Source: Lytechinus pictus (taxonomy: Eukaryota). From it: a DNA stretch of 64,000 bases. The first letter of the stretch is position 1; every line of letters starts with the position of its first letter. The notes beneath the pieces were generated by a model. The model had not been told where the DNA came from, searched no databases, and saw nothing but the letters and a program-made list of their open reading frames with translations. Below, piece by piece: positions 39,404-50,486 of the stretch. The position numbers and the translations under genes were made by a program. The DNA lies in NCBI RefSeq assembly GCF_037042905.1, contig NC_087251.1, forward strand, positions 49,229,358 to 49,293,357, written 5' to 3'.

Positions 39404-42400
39404 ACACATATCTCCAGCTCTGTGTATGATGATGGTTAATGTTACTTTACACATGTCTCCAGCTCTGTGTATGATGATGGTTAATGTTACTTTACACATC
39501 ATGTCTCCAGCTCTGTGTATGATGGTTAATGTTACTTTACACATGTCTCCAGCTCTGTGTATGATGATGGTTAATGTTACTTTACACATGTCTCCAGCTC
39601 TGTGTATGATGGTTAATGTTACTTTACACATGTCTCCAGCTCTGTGTATGATGATGGTTAATGTTACTTTACACATGTCTCCAGCTCTGTGTATGATGGT
39701 GGTTAATGTTACTTTACACATGTCTCCAGCTCTGTGTATGATGATGGTTAATGTTACTTTACACATGTCTCCAGCTCTGTGTATGATGGTGGTTAATGTT
39801 ACTTTACACATGTCTCCAGCTCTGTGTATGATGATGGTTAATGTTACTTTACACATGTCTCCAGCTCTGTGTATGATGATGGTTAATGTTACTTTACACA
39901 TGTCTCCAGCTCTGTGTATGATGATGGTTAATGTAACTTTACACATGTCTCCAGCTCTGTGTATGATGATGGTTAATGTTACTTTACACATGTCTCCAGC
40001 TCTGTGTATGATGATGGTTAATGTTACTTTACACATGTCTCCAGATCTGTGTATGATGATGGTTAATGTTACTTTACACATGTCTCCAGCTCTGTGTATG
40101 ATGATGGTTAATGTTACTTTACACATCATGTCTCCAGCTCTGTGTATAATGATGGTTAATGTTACTTTACACATGTCTCCAGCTCTGTGTATGATGATGG
40201 TTAATGTTACTTTACACATATCTCCAGCTCTGTGTATGATGATGGTTAATGTAACTTTACACATGTCTCCAGCTCTGTGTATAATGATGGTTAATGTTAC
40301 TTTACACATGTATCCAGATCTGTGTATGATGATGGTTAATGTTACTTTACACATGTCTCCAGCTCTGTGTATGATGATGGTTAATGTTTTACACATCATG
40401 TCTCCAGCTCTGTATGATGGTTAATGTTACTTTACACATGTCTCCAGCTCTGTGTATGATGATGGTTAATGTAACTTTACACATGTCTCCAGCTCTGTGT
40501 ATGATGATGGTTAATGTTACTTTACACATGTCTCCAGCTCTGTGTATGATGATGGTTAATGTTACTTTACACATGTCTCCAGATCTGTGTATGATGATTG
40601 TTAATGTTACTTTACACATGTCTCCAGCTCTGTGTATGATGGTTAATGTTACTTTACACATGTCTCCAGCTCTGTGTATGATGATGGTTAATGTTACTTT
40701 ACACATGTCTCCAGCTCTGTGTATGATGATGGTTAATGTTACTTTACACATGTCTCCAGCTCTGTGTATGATGGTTAATGTTACTTTACACATGTCTCCA
40801 GCTCTGTGTATGATGATGGTTAATGTTATTTTACACATGTCTCCAGCTCTGTGTATGATGATGGTTAATGTTACTTTACACATGTCTCCAGCTCTGTGTA
40901 TGATGATGGTTAATGTTACTTTACACATGTCTCCAGCTCTGTGTATGATGATGGTTAATGTTACTTTACACATGTCTCCAGCTCTGTGTATGATGATGGT
41001 TAATGTTACTTTACACATGTCTCCAGCTCTGTGTATGATGATGGTTAATGTTACTTTACACATGTCTCCAGCTCTGTGTATGATGATGGTTAATGTAACT
41101 TTACACATGTCTCCAGCTCTGTGTATGATGATGGTTAATGTAACTTTACACATGTCTCCAGCTCTGTGTATGATGATGGTTAATGTAACTTTACACATGT
41201 CTCCAGCTCTGTGTATGATGATGGTTAATGTTACTTTACACATGTCTCCAGCTCTGTGTATGATGATGGTTAATGTTACTTTACACATGTCTCCAGCTCT
41301 GTGTATGATGATGGTTAATGTTACTTTACACATGTCTCCAGCTCTGTGTATGATGATGGTTAATGTTACTTTACACATGTCTCCAGCTCTGTGTATGATG
41401 ATGGTTAATGTAACTTTACACATGTCTCCAGCTCTGTGTATGATGATGGTTAATGTTACTTTACACATGTCTCCAGCCCTGTGTATGATGATGGTTAATG
41501 TAACTTTACACATGTCTCCAGCTCTGTGTATGATGATGGTTAATGTAACTTTACACATGTCTCCAGATCTGTGTATGATGATGGTTAATGTAACTTTACA
41601 CATGTCTCCAGCTCTGTGTATGATGATGGTTAATGTTACTTTACACATGTCTCCAGCTCTGTGTATGATGATGGTTAATGTTACTTTACACATGTCTCCA
41701 GCTCTGTGTATGATGATGGTTAATGTTACTTTACACATGTCTCCAGATCTGTGTATGATGATGGTTAATGTAACTTTACACATGTCTCCAGCTCTGTGTA
41801 TGATGATGGTTAATGTTACTTTACACATGTCTCCAGCTCTGTGTATGATGATGGTTAATGTTACTTTACACATCATGTCTCCAGCTCTGTGTATGATGAT
41901 GGTTAATGTTACTTTACACATGTCTCCAGCTCTGTGTATGATGATGGTTAATGTAACTTTACACATGTCTCCAGCTCTGTGTATGATGATGGTTAATGTT
42001 ACTTTACACATGTCTCCAGCTCTGTGTATGATGATGGTTAATGTAACTTTACACATGTCTCCAGCTCTGTGTATGATGATGGTTAATGTTACTTTACACA
42101 TGTCTCCAGCTCTGTGTATGATGATGGTTAATGTAACTTTACACATGTCTCCAGCTCTGTGTATGATGATGGTTAATGTTACTTTACACATGTCTCCAGC
42201 TCTGTGTATGATGATGGTTAATGTAACTTTACACATGTCTCCAGCTCTGTGTATGATGATGGTTAATGTTACTTTACACATGTCTCCAGCTCTGTGTATG
42301 ATGATGGTTAATGTTACTTTACACATGTCTCCAGCTCTGTGTATGATGATGGTTAATGTTACTTTACACATGTCTCCAGCTCTGTGTATGATGATGGTTA

Positions 42401-42495
42401 ATGTTACTTTACACATGTCTCCAGCTCTGTGTATAATGATGGTTAATGTTACTTTACACATGTCTCCAGCTCTGTGTATGATGGTTGATGTTACT
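39404..42495. repeat. 45-bp minisatellite, about 68 copies (ACACATGTCTCCAGCTCTGTGTATGATGATGGTTAATGTTACTTT)
   Basis: Direct reading. Highly homogeneous; variants are mostly +/-ATG or +/-CAT and single substitutions. Lies in Meis intron 5. Confidence 0.99.
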
Positions 42496-42628
42496 GTTGC
42501 GGCGACGTATTCCGGGACTCTGTTCTATTTGTGAATCATTTTCTATAATCATTCTTATGTGTAATATTCTTGGTTTCACTTTTTTTCAAGCCTTTGACGC
42601 TTTTTGGGACACCTTTTTCTTTCATAAT

Positions 42629-43146
42629 TGTCTCGCCCACCAGAGGTGAAGGCGAGACTTAGGGATCCAAATGTCGTCCGTCGTCCGTCCGTCACAAACC
42701 TAATGACACATAACTCCACAACCGTAAGTCGCTTTTCAACCAGACTTGGATGGTAGATGGACTTGGGGGACCTGCATGTTATGCTGTGGTCGGAGGTCAC
42801 ATGGTAAGGTTAAAGGTCATTTTCAGGTCAACGTTAAAGTTTACATGCAAGACTCTCTTAGGACACCTAACTCCGCAACTGTAAGTAGCTTTTCAACAAA
42901 ACTTGGATGGTAGATGTACTTAGGTGACCTGCATGTTATGCTGCAGTCGGAGGTCACATGGTAAGGTCAAAGGTCATTTTCAGGTCAACATTAAAGTTTA
43001 TGTGCAAGGCTCTTATGACAAGTGTTATTCTATCCCAGTCATTTCACAATGAAGTTTCGATACAATTCTGTTGCGTGCCCTCGCAAATCACAATATTTCT
43101 GGTTATTTTCATAAGTGGGCGAGACACAAAATTGCTTTTGCCTTGT
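42629..43146 (-). mobile_element. Helentron/DINE-like family B, second and shorter copy
   Basis: Reverse complement of the 16027-17185 element (same termini, subTIRs, hairpin and GACG microsatellite), with only about 2 internal units and no SINE. Confidence 0.85.
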
Positions 43147-43800
43147 TCAAAAAAAATCTCATCTTAATGTTTCATGATTATATTTGTATGGTATATTTAT
43201 GTTCAAATGTATGATATTTGTATATTTTTACATGTATATATTATTGAAAGAAATAAATGAGAGTATTTCCACTCTCCCTCAACTCAACTCAAATATTTGC
43301 CTTTTCAATATTGTTCATGTAATATTCCTATTTTCTTGCCAAAAGTCACTCAGAATGAATTTTGAAACAAGCATTCACACTTTGTTTTAAGCAACAGAGT
43401 CACAAAGACTATGAATATTTGCACAATTATTACTGCTTGGAAGTTGGAAGGAGATCTAAAGTTCAATTTTATAAAAGTTAGGGATTTGAATAGTAGCAAA
43501 ACCCAAGGACAAGTAAAGTTAGCTGCACAAAAGTTATTATAGATATAGAAGTATCTTTGTCATGCAATGGTAATTACCATGAAAACGATGCTCAACAGCC
43601 AATCAAAATCAAGGGTTTCATCAAAGTATAAACCATTGGATGACAAATTTGTAAAAATAATCTCCATGCAACAGGAACCATATGTAATTCCACAGTACTG
43701 CATTTTTTATGAGTTTTTAAAAACATTTTTTCACCCCAAATGTACTTTGAATTTGTTTTTAATCATGTTTGTGAATTTCTTGTGTTTTTTACAATCACAG

Positions 43801-43977
43801 GTACATGAACTATGTGACAATTTCTGCCATCGGTATATCAACTGTTTGAAAGGGAAAATGCCCATAGACCTCGTCATAGAGGATAGAGAGGGTATCGGGG
43901 CCATCAAAACCGGGGCAGCATCACCGACGGATGGGGGCTCAGATAACCACAGTGAATCCAGAAGCCCTATGGATCAG
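43801..43977 (+). CDS. Meis: Meis coding exon 6 ([31 protein letters not shown]...SPMDQ); gene presumably continues beyond the window
   Basis: Pyrimidine tract plus CACAG acceptor, 177 nt phase 0/0, donor CAG|GTCAGT. Contains the conserved [25 protein letters not shown] motif. The six exons total 678 nt = 226 codons without a stop. Confidence 0.97.
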
Positions 43978-46599
43978 GTCAGTGTAAAAAAATATTGTAT
44001 TTAAAAAATAAATTGGAAAAAAAATTACATTTTTTTCCTCGGGTGAATACCCAGGATAATGTTTCTCGAGAGAATGTGGAATGAAGTGGAAGAAGAACGG
44101 AAAGAACTATGGTATTATGGTTTTAAAATATCCAAGCCTATTAGGCTGAATTGCATTACATGTACACAATATCACCATTCTTTGACAATATTGTAGCGCA
44201 ATCAGATATTATGTACTGTAATATCAACAAATAAAAAGAAAGCATTTGGTATCCTGACAGATTGAGGAAAAGATGACCAGAGTAAAAGAGGAAAAGAAAA
44301 CTCAGCAGAGTAGGGGATGAGGTAGGATGAAGAGGAAGGACAGGATAAAGGGAAAGAAGAGCGGCAATGTGCATTACTCCATTGCACACAATTGATTTCA
44401 GTAAAATACACATTTCCCATAGGAAGGTTCCATAGCATAGAGTTAAATGGGTTAAAGTATCGATGTGACCACTCATATTGCTGGGGTTCATGTAAGCTTC
44501 TGCTGTTGGAGTAAAAAAATGTTTGTGTGTGTCATAGTTCTTTCTTCACTTTGTTCATTATGTTTCCAAAAATATACTTTATGTGGAAAGAATTATTTTT
44601 TAATTTTATAAAGGAGGGAGCCCCTTCCCTTTTAATACTTCATATAATCTGTTTCATTCTGAATTAAGATCTTGATAGACTACATGTCCGGGTAGCACAT
44701 ATACTAATTTCTATCGGTCAATAAAGCTACATTTTCTTTTGTTCGTGGTAGGCTATACATGCATGCAATGTTTCATTTTATTCAGTTCACCTTCACAGAT
44801 TTCCAGCTAAAAACACAAGCGTTATGAGTTTGAGCTGTCTGATTGGATAACCAAATCTCTGAAACCATTTAATCATGATTGCATGTCAAAATCATGACAG
44901 CCAAAAACCCATTTTGATATTAACTGAGAAATTCTGTTGACTTCACTGAACGAAAGTAATATGAATTCAAACAAGAAAATGGCTCTTTTCCTACTTGGAG
45001 CAATACCCTGCCATAGATGACGAGCCATTCTCCTGTCAAAAAGAACAGGCAAAGTCAACTTTTCCATTACTTTGTGTAATTGAAATTTAATTTTGTTCTG
45101 TTTGCTTTGCCTACATGATTCATGCCATGGTTGTACGTAATTCCTCTTTTAAAGTCCTGGGCAGAAAGATGATTTTTTAGAGGTTTTCATTGCCGATAAT
45201 GCGACTTTTGAAGTTTAATCGGCTTTACAGATTTCAACTTTGTGAAGTTTGTTTTGCGACTAACTTGCAATTACCTTGCTTCTATTGGTGTTCTTTTCAT
45301 AACTTGAATAAAATATATGTCCCTAAGTATTTAATAGTGTAATTTCAACAACTGATCTTTGTAACCATTTTCTTGGGGTTAGAATTCTAATATAGTTAAG
45401 TAAATAGTTATTGGTCTTAAAACATTTATATTAAAAGAAACAAAATGTCTTTTGCATGTTTAATTTTATTAGCTGTTTGTTTTCTTATCTGATTCATTAA
45501 ATCAAATCATTTCACTTCATATTATTTTCCTTCCAATAACCACAAAATTATAAGAAATTTGACAATTTGTTTGAATTGAAAATTGTCGTATCAGTATGAA
45601 GACAAGCCAAATTTAGAAGTGATAGAAATCAAATGCAGGGGTTATTTTTTAACTTTGATATCATGAATGAGTTTATGGGCCTGTGCACAATTCTTATATG
45701 ATGAACCATGGGTCTATAGACTGGGCAGGTAGGGAGAAAAGGGTGACAGTGTACCCCAGAACCTTGCCAAGGTTCTGCTAGGTCAGGGGATGGTGTTTTG
45801 GCAGACTCATCCCACCACACCTGTGGTGATACCTCTTCCTTTACATGCAATGACTGCATTGCGGAACTTCCTGCGCTAATTACCCCGGCCCGTTACAAGA
45901 ACAGGGAAGAAAGTCAAAAGAAATGTGAGGTTCCTGGACACTTGGTAGACATGTGCCACTGGATACTCACCAGTTTTGACTCCTATGTTTGTTAGTTTTG
46001 ACAGGTCTTGCGGTGTGCTCTGATACATCAAATAAGTAACAGGAGATACCTCTAATGGATACTTCTATAAAGTCATCGTTGACACTGTTTCAAGCTCTTT
46101 TGCCCATCCCTCCCGTCTCTATTGATTTACTCATTTTTGTAGAAAATGGGGGAGAGGGGATCACTGATATGGCATGTTCCCAAGTTGTTCTTTATCTTCA
46201 CATCATGATCGCCACCGATATGATTTCCTTGCATAAGTTGATGGAGGAAAATTTGCTGCTCGATTTCAGTGAAATTGAGTTTGATGTATTTTGGAAAGAT
46301 TGTTGTCATTGTTTATTTTGTCCTAAGCAAGAAGTGCAAACAACTTGCATTGTTTGGAGAGACATTGAGTTACAAGGATGCCCCAAAAGGTGTATCATGT
46401 TACTAGATCTTTGATATTTTAATGTAAGATTTCATAAAATGACGTCATCGCAATTTTTTACTTGTTTATTTCATTGACAAAAATAATATCTAAAATTGTC
46501 TTTGCATTAGGAGCTGAAATCTAAATAAGTATGTAATAACTTTTAGATCTATGGCAAGTGATGTCAAAACCTCTGTCATTAGTTTGTTCTCTGCTCCAT

Positions 46600-47390
46600 G
46601 GTCCCAAATCCAAAATCTTCCTGTTCTATGACTCCATAGTATGGCCATCTTTATGGTGGTTGTTCTAAGATGGTCTGTCTTAGTTTTAGATCAGAATCAT
46701 GCACCTTCAAAATTAATTCCTGAACAATACCACTTGATGAGGCAGTGTGCCGTGCTACTTGGTACCAAATCCAGGAGCATCATGCTCAAACACACGGCTT
46801 TGTCTCTGAGCAGGTTGGTTCTGAGATGATTTTACACTCGGACCAAGGAATTTTTTATTCTTGAACAGTGTCACTTTATGAAGCCAGTGAATTCCCTAAT
46901 GAGGCAGAGTGCTCTTCCACTTTGTAATGAACCCTGGGGCTAGACTGTTGTTCTAAGTTCTGGTTCTACCACTGAGCCATCATGAGTGTGGTTGTTCTGA
47001 GATGGTCTCCCACAGTCCTTGGTGAGTTCAGCTATTGTACCATCATCAAAGTGATAACTTGAACAATGTCACTTCTTGAAGTTGTGTGCTCTTCTTTTTT
47101 GTTCTAAACCTAGGAGCATAGGGTTCTAAGTCCTATTTCTACCACTGTGCCATCATTAGAGTGGATGTTCTGAGATCATCTTGTATAGATCAATGTACCG
47201 TATTACCAGCAGCATCTTCAAAGTTAAAAGTTAACTCCTATAATCAATTTAACATATCAATGTGTTATGCTCTTCTACTTGGTCCAAAATCTAGGAGCTC
47301 TTTGTTCTTAGTTATGGCACTGCCTCTGAGCAATAATTTGGATTGGTCTAAGATGGTCAGCTGTAGAGGATTGTATGCTCTTTTATTAAT
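46600..47390. repeat. Old, degenerate ~155-180 bp tandem repeat (about 5 units)
   Basis: GGTTGTTCT(A/G)AGATG-like motif at ~46658, 46812, 46991, 47163 and 47341; CTACTTGGT(A)CCAAA..(T)AGGAGC and TGAACA.TGTCACTT also recur. Confidence 0.6.
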
Positions 47391-49729
47391 TACCAAACCC
47401 ACAATCTTTTCTCTACCCCTAAAGCTATTAATGTGTTTTGCTCAGCAACTTACATAGAATTTCACAACATAGTCATAGAGGTGATAAACAGATATATCTC
47501 CTGCATTTGGGCAACCCTTCTTATATACTTCAGTCGTCTTTGTCAATTCCGCGATAAAGCATTGCAGTATCGAGTTAGGAGACCGTCTGGCAAAGATGAG
47601 ACTATCACCTTCGGAGTTCATAGCATTCCATGAACAATGTCGCATCATGAGGTATTGTGGTGTTTCGGTTGTATGCCCTCCCTCTTTTCAGACCAGATCA
47701 GAATAAAATCCATTCAAGGGGTAACAATGACAAAACAGCGCAAGGGGGTCTTATAGGGAGAATAACCTGTAACATCAATTCATCAGGCAACTCAGGGCCC
47801 TTCTTTTCTTTATACTCTTGACCATTTCTTTCTTTGACCCTATCTCCCTTCTGATGATCATTCATTCAACAAAAACAACTTTGAATTGATTGATATAAGC
47901 CTTGCTCAATGTTGCTAAATGTGAAGAGATCTTGGGTAGCTGAGGGATGGAAATGATGCACATTGTGGAGAAATTGGGATGGGGTAGAAGTGAAACAGAA
48001 ATTCTGTAGATTCAGACAGACATGGATGTAGATAGAGAGTGATAGGTAAAGAAAGCAAGTGGAGTCCAGAGAATGAGAGCGATCTGCCCAGTGACATTAG
48101 AAGAATTGCAAGTGATCTATTTTCGACCAGTCTGCAAGTTAAATGATGGAGACATGGTAGAAATGTGAAAAAAATAAGAAGAGATGAAAGAAAAGTGGGA
48201 ATGCAGAACCATTCTTCCGCAAATACAGACCAATCTACTCTCTTTTACTGTGAAGGAAGAGAGAAACAGAGGGAGAGAAGGGGGGAGGGGTGGGAAGAAA
48301 ACATCTCATCAATCTCATTTCTTGTACCAATGTAGGTTGATTTAGAAGCTCCAGTGCAATGCTCACTTTGGAGTGGAGTAGTTTAAGGGGGGCAACTTAA
48401 AAGATGACAGCTCCAATTTGGTTGACGGCTCCAGAGAGATAGCTTTGATCCTCGCCCCTTGTTCATCATCACTGGGATGGGAAGGTCCTCCAGCAAAATT
48501 GGGGTTGGGATGGGGGGAAAATGGAAGATGGAGCGTTCCCTTAATGTCTCCTGATGCCTGGGGAGTGCCGTGCAAAAGAGAGAAAAATGGGGGCTATATT
48601 CATGCATCTTAATTTAGGAGTCCCTTTGACAGGCACGGCCAGTCTGCCCCTGATGTGTGCCAGTGATGCGCTGGATGAATCTCATCTCATTAATTCCCAT
48701 TTGAAGAGGAGAAAAGGGGGTAGGCCTTTTGTGTCCGGCTTGACAGTTATAGTTTCAGGAGAGATTAAGGAGGACACAGAGATCAAAAGAGACCACATGT
48801 TTGCTTGGAAAATTACAGCTTCTCGTTTTAAAATATCACCCAGTAGGAATGAAGAGGAGCATCCTGAAATGATGACTGATGACATGTTTCCATAGTAAAA
48901 AAAAAAAAAGAGAAGAAGATAACACTTTACATGAGCGGCAGACATCCACTGTCTGATAGCTATTGTAGTGTGGTCAATCCATCATTTATACGGATTTGGA
49001 TGTCAGAGAAATCTTTCAAAAATGAATAAATTTGTGGACCGATTTGAAGAGGATCTTTAGGTTCTGTGGATGATTTATGATCACAGACCAAATAAGGGAG
49101 ATGAATTTTTCTGACCTTCTTTTGATGTTGGCCTTAAACTTGTTAAAGATATTATCCCTAAAGGGCATATCAATAAAATTGGTAAGAGAGATTTGAGGCT
49201 TTACTCGTGATCCCAAAAGTTTGAATTGACATTCACAAGTCTTCTGGAATAGAAACAGTGTAACTGCTCATTTATATTCTTGCAGGCTGTAGGCCTACAT
49301 ATCATGCATGACCTAATTTTGTTAGAAATCCTAAATCATTCTTCAGATGAATTTGATTTTTTAATTGATTTAGTTCATCTGCCACTATTCATAATATTGA
49401 AATTATTGTAATTGTACCTATAAATTTCTTAAGTCAGAGGGCGAACACTTTGAGTCATCCTGTGAAGCTACAGCAGGATTTGTACAACCATGTTTACATT
49501 GGATGTAGCCTAATCCCTTAACATATATCGAAGTAATATTCATCACAATTAATTGAATTTGAAAAACGGAGTGTTTCCATTGCAAATTCAAACTTGTAAG
49601 GCCTGTCAAAGATTAATTATGATTGAAGGGATAGGGTATCCATAGCATGTTCTTTATATCATTCACAAATTCTTTCTTTTTCCTATTTCATATTCATAAT
49701 AAATCTTTCTGCACTCCAGAAAGTCTGAA

Positions 49730-49746
49730 AGGTCAAGGAAAGGTCA
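49730..49746 (+). promoter_or_regulatory. Perfect DR5 nuclear-receptor element (AGGTCA-aggaa-AGGTCA), candidate RARE
   Basis: Exact consensus half-sites spaced by 5 nt in apparently unique intronic sequence. Function is untested. Confidence 0.45.
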
Positions 49747-50471
49747 TAAGTTTCAGGCCATGTCCTTAGCTAAGGTCAGTCAACCCCAGAGAAAATGGAT
49801 TCCAACCCACCTTGATAAGAAAACATAATTATGCAGCTCCTTCTGGGCTAGTCTTGGATTTGGAGTTAATCAATGCCCATTTAAAATAGCGGCTCTTGAC
49901 TTTGCATGATCCTTTGGAATAATGAGACAATATTTTTGTTCAAATTGCATAAGGATAGTTTGAGCAGCCTCTGATAATGTATGTCGATGTGTATAGTTTT
50001 TTTGTTAAACAGATTTTAAAAAATGGAAAAAGGCATAGATAATGGATATCATGGCTCTAAAATTATTGACTGTAATTGTACGAAACCCAACTAAGTTTAG
50101 AATACAATAAGATGACGATCTGCTACTGAGGCCTTCTGCACAAAAATTTATATTCTGTATGCATAATTTTCATCTATGTGCAAAGGGTTAGACCAAATTA
50201 AAATTATGAAATTTATTTATTTTGCCCTTAAAATGCTGATTATCATTGTTACAATCAACTGGGGTGGCATTGAGACCTTGGTAGGCCTAATACCTTTGAT
50301 AGGAAACAAGACACTCTTGTATGCAAATACATATTGTATAAGGGCCACATATATATTGACTACAAACCAGCTATTGTTTATGCTGCATTGAATAATTGCA
50401 TTTGATGAAAATGAAATGGGTCCTGTGTCACAGACTAACAAGGAATGTCCAGGCCCTTATTGTTAGTTCCA

Positions 50472-50486
50472 AGGTCAGTGAGGTCA
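50472..50486 (+). promoter_or_regulatory. Perfect DR3 nuclear-receptor element (AGGTCA-gtg-AGGTCA)
   Basis: Exact consensus half-sites spaced by 3 nt, with an extra TGACCT at 50510-50515. Function is untested. Confidence 0.35.

Noticed and set aside
39404..42495. CRISPR-like array
   Set aside because: Units are contiguous with no unique spacers, there are no cas genes, and the context is a eukaryotic intron.
39392..42534. Four long ORFs (332-716 aa) on both strands
   Set aside because: They are translations of a 45-bp minisatellite, with no unique domain, splice context or start context. Open frames follow from the unit length being a multiple of 3.
43567..43800. 5' extension of the ORF containing exon 6
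   Set aside because: Intronic sequence upstream of a strong acceptor, with no similarity to Meis.
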